Source of the DNA: Desulfobacterales bacterium
GTDB taxonomy: Bacteria; Desulfobacterota; Desulfobacteria; Desulfobacterales; UBA5616
Assembly: GCA_046483495.1 (NCBI GenBank)
Contig: JAWODC010000092.1
Location: forward strand, 128,153 to 192,152
Direction of reading: 5' to 3'
Length of the DNA: 64,000 nt
Below, one piece after another: positions 19,067 through 28,357 of the stretch (position 1 is the first letter of the stretch; each line of letters starts with the position of its first letter). The notes below the pieces were generated by a model. That model was given only the letters and a program-made list of their open reading frames with translations, was not told the DNA's origin and searched no databases. The position numbers and the translations under genes were made by a program.

Positions 19067-19974
19067 CAGGGGTTTTTTTCCGGTTCGAATTGACACCCCG
19101 TTGCCGGGCACATGGTTTCGCAGTTTTCGATTTCAATGGTCGTATGGCTGATGCCGAAGCGCTCCCGGATAAGTGTTTTTGCACGCTCGAGGCAGAACGC
19201 CCAATGATTTCGTCGGCAGCATTCATCGGAAAGGCCGATATGGACGGTCAAAACCGGCATCCCCGACGTGATGGTCCAGATATGCAGGTCGTGAACATGT
19301 TCGACATGGTCAATGGACAACAGGGAGTCCCTCACTTCATTGTAATCGATATCCTCCGGTGTCGACTCGAGGAGAATGGCGATAGAGCGCTTGATGAAAT
19401 TCCATGTATTCCATAATATGATTACACCCACACAGACGGAGGCCACCAGGTCGGCGATATACCAGCCGGTAAACCAGATGATGATTCCGGCGGCAATAAC
19501 CCCCACGGAACCGAAAGAATCCGCCAGCATGTGCAAGAAGGCCCCCTGAATATTGATGTTTTCCTTCCGGCTTTTCCACAGAACCATAGTGCTGCCCAGG
19601 TTGGCGGCCAAGCCGAGCAGTGCGATGATCAGCATCATGGGCCCGTCGATCGGCTGTTCGGTTCCCAGCCGTTCCCATGCTTCCTTGAAAATAAAAATCG
19701 TTATAACCAGGAGTCCGGCGCCGTTTACAAATGCACCCAGTACTTCGGCGCGGAGCAGGCCGTACGTCCGTTGTTCGGAGGGTGACTTGACGGCCAGTCG
19801 GCCGACCACCAGGGCAAGGCCCAAGGCGGCCACATCACCGGTCATATGCCCGGCATCCGCCAGAAGCGCCAATGAATTGGCCAGGATGCCGCCGATGAGT
19901 TCAACGACCAGAAATGTCAGATTGATGACCAGCGCCCATATGAGTCGATTCTGAGATGTTTTTCGATCGAGCAT
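19066..19974 (-). CDS. Cation diffusion facilitator (CzcD/ZitB-type) metal efflux transporter
   Basis: 302 aa. LLADAGHMTGDVAAL and HMLADSFGSVGV (the TM2/TM5 HxxxD pairs) are present, as is the C-terminal cytoplasmic domain VHDLHIWTITSG. The tail is Cys-rich (CETMCPATGC). Confidence 0.88.
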   Translation of the reverse strand: MLDRKTSQNRLIWALVINLTFLVVELIGGILANSLALLADAGHMTGDVAALGLALVVGRLAVKSPSEQRTYGLLRAEVLGAFVNGAGLLVITIFIFKEAWERLGTEQPIDGPMMLIIALLGLAANLGSTMVLWKSRKENINIQGAFLHMLADSFGSVGVIAAGIIIWFTGWYIADLVASVCVGVIILWNTWNFIKRSIAILLESTPEDIDYNEVRDSLLSIDHVEHVHDLHIWTITSGMPVLTVHIGLSDECCRRNHWAFCLERAKTLIRERFGISHTTIEIENCETMCPATGCQFEPEKNP

Positions 19975-20038
19975 AACACGCTGCTATGAAAAAATGACGG
20001 CTTAAGGCACCTCGATATGAGTAAAAAGGTGAAAGCGG

Positions 20039-20260
20039 CTATCGGACGGCGGAAAGCGGGATATCCGGCAGAATCGCCTCGATTGACCGGACCATGCCGG
20101 CGGCGGTTTCTTCCACGCGGTCAAAATCCTTCTCCCTGCCGGAAAAATGCGACCATTCCCAGAAGTGCTCTTTTCCGTCCGCTTCCTTGTAAAACACATA
20201 ATTGCCTCGGGAAATCTGAATCTCCCGACCGTCGTCACATTTGATCTCTATTTTTGCCAT
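20039..20260 (-). CDS. Hypothetical small protein (73 aa)
   Basis: ORF MAKIEIKCDDGREIQISRGNYVFYKEADGKEHFWEW... lies on the same strand between gap and the CDF gene. No family recognised. Confidence 0.4.
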   Translation of the reverse strand: MAKIEIKCDDGREIQISRGNYVFYKEADGKEHFWEWSHFSGREKDFDRVEETAAGMVRSIEAILPDIPLSAVR

Positions 20261-20334
20261 ACGAAAATGTGCTCCGTTTTTTGTTCTTCATGCCCCGGAT
20301 TCCGAAGTTTTCGTCATCCCATCTTTTGTTTTTT

Positions 20335-21339
20335 TTACAATTGGCTTCCCATCATGGCGGCGAGGTCGACCATTCGGCAGGCATATCCGAATTCGTTGTC
20401 ATACCATGAAAGCACTTTTACCATATCATTGATGACATCCGTGCTGGGCCCGTCCACAATCGAGGACAGCCGGTTGCCTTTGAAATCCATGGAAACCAGA
20501 GGTTGATCGCAATACCCCAGAATGGCCGGAATCTTGTTTTGTGCGGCTTCCTTGAGTGCTTCATTCACATCGGTCACGCTGATGCCGGATTTTTCCACTA
20601 CGGCAACGAAATCCACGACCGAAACCGTTGGCGTGGGGACCCGAATAGCCATGCCGTTCAGCTTTCCGGTAAGCTCGGGCAGCACGAGAGAAACGGCCTT
20701 TGCCGCCCCCGTCGAGGTGGGCACAAGTGAAAGCGCCGCCGCTCTAGCCCGCCGGTAGTCTTTATGCGGAAAATCGAGGAGGCGCTGATCGCTGGTGTAA
20801 GAATGAATGGTCGTCATCAGACCGCTTTTTATCCCGAAATTTTCAAGCAGGACTTTGGCAACCGGCGCCAGGCAGTTGGTGGTGCAGGAGGCGTTTGACA
20901 CGATATGGTGCTTTACCGGGTCATATTGATTGTCATTAACACCTAAAACGATCGTGATATCCGGGTTTTTAGCCGGAGCGGAAATGATGACTTTTCGGGC
21001 TCCGGCCGTCAGATGTCCCGACGCCTTTTCGGCCTCCCGAAAGATTCCGGTGCATTCACAGACAATCGTCACACCGTGGTTCTTCCATGGAATCCGTTCC
21101 GGCTCTCTCTCATTATACAGTGCGATCGAATTTCGATCCACGCGTATCGCATTCTGGTCGGATTCCACCTCCCGGTCCAGAATGCCGTATGTTGAGTCAT
21201 ATTTCAGCAAATGGCCCATCATGGCGCTGTCGGAAAGGTCGTTTATCGCCACGATGTTTACCTCGGGGTGATCCAGTGCCGCCCGCATGATCATCCGCCC
21301 GATCCGGCCGAACCCGTTAATACCGACGTTTATACTCAT
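20335..21339 (-). CDS. gap: Type I glyceraldehyde-3-phosphate dehydrogenase
   Basis: 334 aa. INGFGRIGR, the active site SNASCTTNCLAP, and WYDNEFGY at the C-terminus are all present. Confidence 0.93.
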   Translation of the reverse strand: MSINVGINGFGRIGRMIMRAALDHPEVNIVAINDLSDSAMMGHLLKYDSTYGILDREVESDQNAIRVDRNSIALYNEREPERIPWKNHGVTIVCECTGIFREAEKASGHLTAGARKVIISAPAKNPDITIVLGVNDNQYDPVKHHIVSNASCTTNCLAPVAKVLLENFGIKSGLMTTIHSYTSDQRLLDFPHKDYRRARAAALSLVPTSTGAAKAVSLVLPELTGKLNGMAIRVPTPTVSVVDFVAVVEKSGISVTDVNEALKEAAQNKIPAILGYCDQPLVSMDFKGNRLSSIVDGPSTDVINDMVKVLSWYDNEFGYACRMVDLAAMMGSQL

Positions 21340-21810
21340 AGGTGCTCCTTTTCATTTTCTTGGCAAGCGGTATAGGAATTCACCCGAAAACCGCAGCGCC
21401 GTTCATGCAGTCCGGATTTGAGGGACAGGCATTCGATTCCAGCCGTATCCGTCACATTTCCTTTTAGAACTACGGCAACGGGTTGTCATTTTCAATGGAT
21501 CAAATCGGGTATCCATCGTGAAAAAGCTATGTATAAACCATTACAAGCGGTGGGGCTGCGGCATGGCCGTCGGCTGAAAAGATAAAACATACATGTGGAC
21601 GGCCGCGGGAATGCATGAATAAGCGTATTGTTTCGATTTTGACGCTGTGACAGCATTGCAGTAAATTGCGCTATCGGAAATTATATTTTTTTATGCCGGC
21701 AATCCTGGTGGAAATTGTAAAGACCGGTGAGCGGCAATCATCGGCGGCCGAACTTCGGAAAGACAGGCACCGGGATCGAGGATTTAACCGAAAACAGACG
21801 GGAAAACGAT

Positions 21811-23178
21811 ATGCCGACAAAAAGACTAGTCGTAATCGGAGGCAATGCGGCCGGAATGGGGGCTGCCTCCCAGGCGAGGCGTCAGCAGAACGATTTGATC
21901 ATAAAGGCATTCGAAAAGACGCCCTATCCGTCCTATTCACCATGAGGCATTCCGTACCTGATCGGCCGGGTAGTCGATAATCCTGAAAAATTGATCGTCC
22001 GAACCCCCAGAGTTTTCAGGGAAAAACAAAATATTGAAACCTACGTATCCCATGAGGTCCGGGAAATCGATATCGAGCGTCAGCGAATCCGCGTCCAGCG
22101 CAAGGAGGATGGAAAAACCTGGTGGGAGCCTTACGATCACCTGATGATCGCAACGGGGTCCGTTCCCATACGCATTCCGGTGCAAGGATCGGATTCAGAA
22201 GGCATTTTCGGCGTCAACACCTATGAAAGCGGAATTAAGCTGAATCGGTTCCTGGATGACGCGTCGGCTAAGAACGCCGTGGTGATCGGCGGCGGTTATA
22301 TCGGACTGGAAATGGCCGAGAATCTGATCAAAAGGGGACTGAGCGTTTCATTGGTCGAATTGAACAAAGAGGTGATGTCAACGCTGGATCCGGACATGGG
22401 AAAACTCGTATCCGATGCGCTGATCGAGATCGGTGTGAAACTTTTTCGGGAGGAACGGTTCGAGGGTTTTGAAACGGACAACGGGCGCGTCAGGGCGGTG
22501 GTCACCGATAAACGGACATTGCCCGCCGATGTTGTTGTACTGGGTATGGGGGTTCGGCCGAATACGGAACTCGCCCAAAAGGCCGGTATCCCCATCGGTC
22601 CGTCAAAGGGGATCAGGGTGAATCCGCTCCTGCAGACGGACGTGGAAAACGTATGGGCGGGAGGGGATTGCGCGGAGTCCATTCACCTGGTCAGCGGCAA
22701 ACCTGTTCATATCCCCCTTGGGACGGTGGCGAACAAACATGGCCGGGTGGCGGGGATCAACATCGGCGGCGGGTATGCCACCTTTCCCGGCGTAGTCGGG
22801 ACGGCTATGAGCAAAATATGTGCGGTCGAGGTCGCCCGAACGGGTCTTGGAGAAAAAGAGGTGCAACGTATCGGGCTGCACTATATCACCTCGGTTACAC
22901 GGACCAGGACACGTGCGGGTTACTACCCGAATGCGGATTCTATTTCAGTAAAATTGATTGCCGAAAAAAACACCGGCAGATTACTCGGTGCCCAAATCGT
23001 CGGCAGAGAAGGGGCTGCCAAACGAATCGATATTCTGGCAACCGCCCTGCATCGAAGAATGAACCTCCAGGAAATTATGGATTTGGACCTGAGTTATGCG
23101 CCTCCGTATTCACCTGTTTGGGACCCGGTGGCATTGGCGGCACGGGTGGCCTTGAAAAAACTTCAGCCCGATACATAA
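21811..23178 (+). CDS. CoA-disulfide reductase / NADH oxidase-family flavoprotein with in-frame UGA (predicted selenocysteine) at 21943-21945
   Basis: Track ORFs 21727..21945 and 21991..23178 share one frame and are separated only by TGA, with no other stop. The joined sequence MPTKRLVVIGGNAAGMGAASQARR...FEKTPYPSYSP-U-GIPYLIGRVV matches the family redox-centre motif S(F/Y)xxC(A/G)(L/I)PY(V/L)IG, with U in place of the Cys. Downstream FAD/NAD(P) motifs VVIGGGYIGLEMAE and AGGDCAE are present. ATG 21811 was chosen as the start. Confidence 0.75.
21955..21972 (+). promoter_or_regulatory. Candidate SECIS-like hairpin downstream of UGA 21943-21945
   Basis: UACCUG-AUCGGC-CGGGUA: 6 bp including one G-U pair, with a 6-nt G-containing loop. 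It begins 9 nt after the UGA. An imperfect lower extension is possible. This is the weakest of the three hairpins. Confidence 0.35.
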
Positions 23179-23261
23179 GGCAACCCGCACCGAGCACCGA
23201 AGCGGGGTCCGGAAATCATCGCGCTTTTGGAAATATCCCCGAAAGCTGAGGGAGGGTATGG

Positions 23262-23870
23262 ATGAGAATATGTTGGGCTATTGCCGCCGTCCTGATCGTA
23301 ACGGCCCTTGCGGGTACGGCATATATCTGGTCGGGAGCATACAATATATCGGCAAACGTGCCTCATTACCGGGTCACCTTTCGGCTGATGGAAGCACTCA
23401 AGAATCGATCCGTAAAATATCATGCCTCGGATATTCCGAATGTGCTGTTCGCCGGTCCGCTCGACGGTGCGCATAATGCCGCAATCACTTATTATCACGA
23501 CATGTGCCGTCGGTGCCATGGCGGTCCCGGTATATTGCGGGATACCTATGCCTTTGGACTGAATCCTGTTCCGCCGGACTTGACCACGGGAGAAGAACAA
23601 AAGCGATGGACGGATATTCAGCTCTTCTGGATCGTGGTCAACGGAATTAAATTGACCGGTATGCCGTCGTTCGGAGAAACGCATACCGAAGCTGAAATCT
23701 GCGATATCATCAATTTTCTCAACAGGCTGCCGCAGATGAGCGCCGCAGAATACCTGGCTCTTTCGGGAGCGTTGGAAAAAGAAAAACCCGAACCCCGCGA
23801 TCACCATGAATTCAGGCCGTTTCCACTGGAGCCGGAAATCGGCAGAAGTATCGATTACTTTATTCTATAG
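23262..23870 (+). CDS. Membrane-anchored/secreted mono-haem c-type cytochrome
   Basis: 202 aa with an N-terminal hydrophobic segment (MRICWAIAAVLIVTALAGTAYIW). There is a single CxxCH (CRRCH) and a distal Met block (GMPSFG). Confidence 0.7.
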   Translation: MRICWAIAAVLIVTALAGTAYIWSGAYNISANVPHYRVTFRLMEALKNRSVKYHASDIPNVLFAGPLDGAHNAAITYYHDMCRRCHGGPGILRDTYAFGLNPVPPDLTTGEEQKRWTDIQLFWIVVNGIKLTGMPSFGETHTEAEICDIINFLNRLPQMSAAEYLALSGALEKEKPEPRDHHEFRPFPLEPEIGRSIDYFIL

Positions 23871-24022
23871 AGAAGGAGAGCCGGCTGTCGAGGCTGTTGC
23901 AGACTCCCCGCCGATACGTTAAAATGGCAATACGAAAAGACAAGCCATTGTTTTGATTGATAGAGCTATTCGGCAAAATAATGATTCACGGGTGAAGACA
24001 AAAAGCAAGGAGAAGAGAAGCT

Positions 24023-24931
24023 ATGAAGGAACAGGCATTCGATGTCATCATATTGGGAGCCGGACCGGCGGGATTTCAGGCGGCGCTGCATGCGGTGCGC
24101 AGGAAAGCATCGGTTCTTCTGCTTGGCAAGGCCGCAAAAAGCAGCGCCCACGGTTCTCATATCGAAAATTTTTGCTGCATCCACGGCACGTCCGGTACCG
24201 AAATGCTGAAGCTCGCGAGTGAGCAGGCCCGGAAGGCGGGAGCCGTCGTTTCGGATGAGGATGTCATCGATGTGGAAACCGTCGACGGACGATATGCCGT
24301 TTATGGAGAACGCGGCGGAAAATATACGGCCGCGGCAATCGTTCTGGCGATGGGCATTTCACGCAACAGCTTGAAACTTCCCGGAGAAAAGAAGCTGATC
24401 GGCCGCGGTATCAGCTACTGTGTCGATTGCGATGGGCCGCTGTTTAAAAACGAGCCGGTGGCGGTTGTCGGATGCGAAAGTGCAGCAGGGAGCGGCGCGT
24501 TGACTTTGATGTTTTTCACTCCTGAAGTGCACCTGATCTGCGAGGCGCTTCACATGGATGACTATTTGGCGGAGAAAATCAAAAGCAGCGATATCCGGTT
24601 GCACGAAGGCCGAAAAGTGACGCATATCACCGGTGAAACGGAACTCGCCGGGATCGCATTGGATGATGGGACAAAATTGGACATCAAAGGAATGTTCATC
24701 GAACTCGGGGCAAAGGGCGCCGTCGGATTGGCCGGAAAGCTGGGCGTCAGGATGGATGAAGAAAATATGAAGTATGTAGCCGTCACGAGAAAGCAGGAAA
24801 CGAATCTTCCCGGCGTATATGCCGCCGGTGATATATGCGGGCCGCCATGGCAGGTAGCCAAAGCTGTAGGGGAGGGGTGCGTTGCCGGGCTTGAAGCGGC
24901 GGCGTATGCACGAAAGCCTAAATCCGGATAA
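24023..24931 (+). CDS. Thioredoxin-reductase-like FAD disulfide oxidoreductase lacking canonical NADPH motifs
   Basis: 302 aa. The FAD motif DVIILGAGPAGFQAA, the redox CxxC (SYCVDCDG, compare CATCDG) and the C-terminal GVYAAGDI are present. The second dinucleotide motif reads VVGCESAAGSGA instead of GGGxSA, and no HRRxxxR is present. Confidence 0.75.
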   Translation: MKEQAFDVIILGAGPAGFQAALHAVRRKASVLLLGKAAKSSAHGSHIENFCCIHGTSGTEMLKLASEQARKAGAVVSDEDVIDVETVDGRYAVYGERGGKYTAAAIVLAMGISRNSLKLPGEKKLIGRGISYCVDCDGPLFKNEPVAVVGCESAAGSGALTLMFFTPEVHLICEALHMDDYLAEKIKSSDIRLHEGRKVTHITGETELAGIALDDGTKLDIKGMFIELGAKGAVGLAGKLGVRMDEENMKYVAVTRKQETNLPGVYAAGDICGPPWQVAKAVGEGCVAGLEAAAYARKPKSG

Positions 24932-25066
24932 ACGGAACAGGCGAAGGAATCAAGTTTGGTCAAAAAGTGGACATAAACGCATGGCAAGCAGATGGATTTT
25001 TCCGGTTTTTCAAACGATATATGAAAAAAACCGGCTTGCATCGAAATACGATGGGGTATTTGGCGT

Positions 25067-25468
25067 ATGAGAGAATCACTCGAAGGGGCGGTCAGACTGG
25101 GGCGCCGCATGGGACATATCTTTGTGGCGACGGCCGATGCCCGTGGCGTTCCACACATGGCCTCCTCTGCAAATATCAGAATTGAAGGGGAAGGACTTAT
25201 CGGCATTTCCGAATGGTTTTGCCCTGTAACGCTTTCAAATGTGAGGGTAAATCCCAAAATCGCCCTGCTGGCATGGGACCCCGAGACCGATATAGGGTAT
25301 CAGATGATCGGCACTTGCCGGGAAGTGCAGGAAACATCCATGATGAACGGTTTTTCAGAAGAATTGGATGAAGAGCAGCCGATTCCCCAGGCGGAAAACA
25401 CGCTCCTCGTCTCCATAGAAAAAATCATTCAGTTCAGCCATGCGCCTCACAGTGATGCGGGAACATGA
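25067..25468 (+). CDS. Pyridoxamine-5'-phosphate-oxidase-like (split-barrel flavin-binding) family protein
   Basis: 133 aa. The pattern ...HIFVATADARGVPHMASS...NVRVNPKIALLAWD resembles the PPOX-class split-barrel family. This is a weak assignment from motif memory only. Confidence 0.45.
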   Translation: MRESLEGAVRLGRRMGHIFVATADARGVPHMASSANIRIEGEGLIGISEWFCPVTLSNVRVNPKIALLAWDPETDIGYQMIGTCREVQETSMMNGFSEELDEEQPIPQAENTLLVSIEKIIQFSHAPHSDAGT

Positions 25469-25552
25469 TAACCCGCTTCCAATGGATGTTGTATCCTGTG
25501 GTTCAATTCCCTCCCTGGGTCGAGTGATTTTGCCGCGCTATAACGCAGATAT

Positions 25553-26338
25553 TCAGGATTTCTGGCACGCGGGGCAATAGTAGGCGGACCTGCCTGAAAT
25601 TTTTATACGATGAACCTTACCATTGCATCCGGGGCAGTCGGCATCTTCCTTCCGATGGGAAATCAGAAATTTTTCAGGCATTTTTTCCGGATCGGCACGG
25701 CGCTCGATCGCCGTTTCCAGAACCGATTTCATGGACTCGTACAGCTTTCGGGATTCTTTTTTATCGAGGCCGTTTGTTTCCTTTTGGGGGTGTATCCGTG
25801 CCTGAAAGCAAACCTCGTCCGAATACACATTTCCAATTCCGCACAACGTATTCTGCTTCATTAAAAACGATTTGACCCCTGAGCGGTTTTCGGCCAACAT
25901 TTTTTGAAAAGCATCGTATGTCACGTCCAGTGCATCGACACCCAGTTTCTTTTTTTTCACGAACGTGTCGATGTCTTTTGTCCACCCGATTTTCCCCAAT
26001 TTCCGGGTACAGTCATAGGCCAGGTGGTTTTCGCCGTCAAAATCAATCAGCAGCCGTACGTGCTTGGGCATGCCGTCTTCCGCTTGAACAAACGTGACAA
26101 ACCCGGTCATGCCGAAATGAAGGGTCATCCACTCCCCTTTTTTCAACCGCGCCAGGGCATATTTCCCATAGCGGGCGGTTTCCTCGAATGCGTTGCCCTT
26201 CAATTCGGATTGAATTTTGGTTTTGGAAACGGACTCGAGAATTCCCGCATCGAGTACTCGGCACCGTTCGATGGTCCTGTTAAGGGAGGTGTCGTCGATG
26301 ATTCGTCTGAAGATCTCAACGTCCGGCAGTTCAGGCAT
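25553..26338 (-). CDS. Fpg/Nei-family DNA glycosylase/AP lyase
   Basis: 261 aa. The N-terminal MPELPDVE carries the catalytic Pro2/Glu3. An H2TH region is present, as is the C-terminal zinc finger CPGCNGKVHRIKISGRSAYYCPACQ. Confidence 0.85.
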   Translation of the reverse strand: MPELPDVEIFRRIIDDTSLNRTIERCRVLDAGILESVSKTKIQSELKGNAFEETARYGKYALARLKKGEWMTLHFGMTGFVTFVQAEDGMPKHVRLLIDFDGENHLAYDCTRKLGKIGWTKDIDTFVKKKKLGVDALDVTYDAFQKMLAENRSGVKSFLMKQNTLCGIGNVYSDEVCFQARIHPQKETNGLDKKESRKLYESMKSVLETAIERRADPEKMPEKFLISHRKEDADCPGCNGKVHRIKISGRSAYYCPACQKS

Positions 26339-26445
26339 TTTTACTTCCTTTCGTCACCATCAGTTCGTGGGCTTCGTTTTCGGCTTTTGTATCGCCGATA
26401 GAGAAGTTCTGCCCGTAGTCGGCGCCGGGAAATACATTTCCCGTT

Positions 26446-26943
26446 TTACCCTTTTTCGGACAGCATCTGTTTCAGTTTTTGCTCATCGGTGTGGGCCAAG
26501 GATGCTTTCATGACCTTTCCATCGAATTTTTCGAGCTCCCCGAGAATGTCTGATGCATGTTCGCCGTGAAAAATGAGAAACAGCGCCGATGTGCCGGGCC
26601 GAAGCTCGTCGGCCAGCCTGCGCATGAATCCCTCATCCAGGCCGATGTCCTCGGTCGCCCCGACAGCCGCTCCTGCTATGCCGCCGACGATTCCCCCGAA
26701 CAATGCGAGCAGCGGATTGATAATGATCAAACCGGCCAGAAAACCCAAAAACCCGCCACTCAAAGCGCCGGGGAAGGTGAACTGATGCGAATGATGAAAA
26801 TGAACGCGGTGTTTATTGTCGATTTCCACAATAACGGATTCCTCGAGGTCGACCCCTTTTTCTTCCATGACCCGGTTGATATGCTTTCGAATGTTTTCTG
26901 CTCTTTCCAAGGATTGCGACGTCTTGATGATAAGATCGGGCAT
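26446..26943 (-). CDS. DUF1269-like membrane protein (Gly-zipper TM segments)
   Basis: 165 aa. The central segment GALSGGFLGFLAGLIIINPLLALFGGIVGGIAGAAVGA is followed by DIGLDEGFMRRL...GTSALFLIF, as in DUF1269 proteins. Confidence 0.6.
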   Translation of the reverse strand: MPDLIIKTSQSLERAENIRKHINRVMEEKGVDLEESVIVEIDNKHRVHFHHSHQFTFPGALSGGFLGFLAGLIIINPLLALFGGIVGGIAGAAVGATEDIGLDEGFMRRLADELRPGTSALFLIFHGEHASDILGELEKFDGKVMKASLAHTDEQKLKQMLSEKG

Positions 26944-27616
26944 ACTTCACCTGTTTTTTTTCGCTTCAGATTCAACTTGAGAACCAATGATAATTATTTC
27001 TTTAAAATACTTCGTATCTGTACTCGAAGCATTTGGAAATGGGGTGAATACGTTATTTTGAAAGCGGCCGGCATGTAAATCACGGTGAGAAGACCGGTTG
27101 ACGCGTTTCGCTGTGCTTTACCCATCATGGGATGCCTGTTTTTAAATCGCGATCAGGTTCGATGGCGACACCTATGTCGACACCGATATCGATATTGAAA
27201 CGTCAAAGCGCCGATGGTTCGACGTTCACTGATTCAAAGGATTTCAAAAAAGCGAAAACCTTGCTCTCAGCCGCAAAATGTTTCTGAATGGACACCGAAA
27301 TAATCGGAGTTCGACCACGCCTTACATGGTTTCCCCCATTGTCCGTTTTCAACATCGCAGGTAATAATTACAGCAAGATGTTCGGGACCGGACCGATGAC
27401 GTTTTTTGCCCGGCGGCATTGGGGAAAAGAAATGACGGAAAGAAACCCAACGTAATGCATTACGGTGAGGAGGTGATTCGAAACCCGGATGGGAAAACGG
27501 CAGACAAGCTTTAATGATATGCAGGTGCAGCGGTCATCCGCCAATGGTTTACTTCGAGCGGTCGCCGCGATTTCCAAGCGTCACCAACCCAAAACTCGAA
27601 AGGGAGGAATTTTATC

Positions 27617-28186
27617 ATGAAAACGACATTAATGGGTCTGATTGGCGGCCTTGCAGTGATTTTTTTGGTGACCATTGCAGTGCACTTCGATGGTCCGGCC
27701 ATATCCGCAGAAAACTACCCCGCTCCGGATGCTCAGGAAGTTTGGGAATACATGCAGGAGAAAAATTACACGGAGTGGCAGTCCATACCGGGTTATCCGG
27801 GCATTTTCGGGAAAACAAATGCGGAGAGCCCTCACGGCGCTTTCTTGAAGCTGCATCTCAATGATGTCGCAATATTTTCCCTGCAGAAAGATTTTGAGGA
27901 AATGATCCACCGTTCCATGTTTGTCATGGAGAATTTCTCGAAAGATGATGATGAAACCCCGGAGTTCGTCACGGTACAATATAAATACGAAGGGTACAGC
28001 CCGGATGGCGGAGACTGGTTTTGGGCACAATATGAACCCGATGGCACGGTGATCAATGCCGGAAAAGTAGAAAGCTGCATCCAATGCCATTCCCAGACCG
28101 ATTACAAAGACTATCTGCTTGTCGTGCCGGACCAGAAAATCTGGGAACCGAGTCCTCCTGTCGGCGCTACGGGCGGCGGCCTGTAA
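27617..28186 (+). CDS. Cytochrome P460-family haem protein (secreted)
   Basis: 189 aa with a signal/anchor segment (MKTTLMGLIGGLAVIFLVTIAV). The C-terminal GGDWFWAQYEPDGTV...CIQCH arrangement is typical of the P460 family. Confidence 0.6.
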   Translation: MKTTLMGLIGGLAVIFLVTIAVHFDGPAISAENYPAPDAQEVWEYMQEKNYTEWQSIPGYPGIFGKTNAESPHGAFLKLHLNDVAIFSLQKDFEEMIHRSMFVMENFSKDDDETPEFVTVQYKYEGYSPDGGDWFWAQYEPDGTVINAGKVESCIQCHSQTDYKDYLLVVPDQKIWEPSPPVGATGGGL

Positions 28187-28357
28187 AAGGCATATATAAC
28201 GCGAACACGGCATTCTCGAATACATCGGAACGCCGGACTGAAGGGGCGCCTTTTATTCCGGCACGCCTGCAGGTGACCGAAAATAGGGATGCGGCGACTG
28301 CATGGACGCCGAACGTGCACGGCACAGCGGAAAGGAAAACCGGATGCTCAAAAAGGA

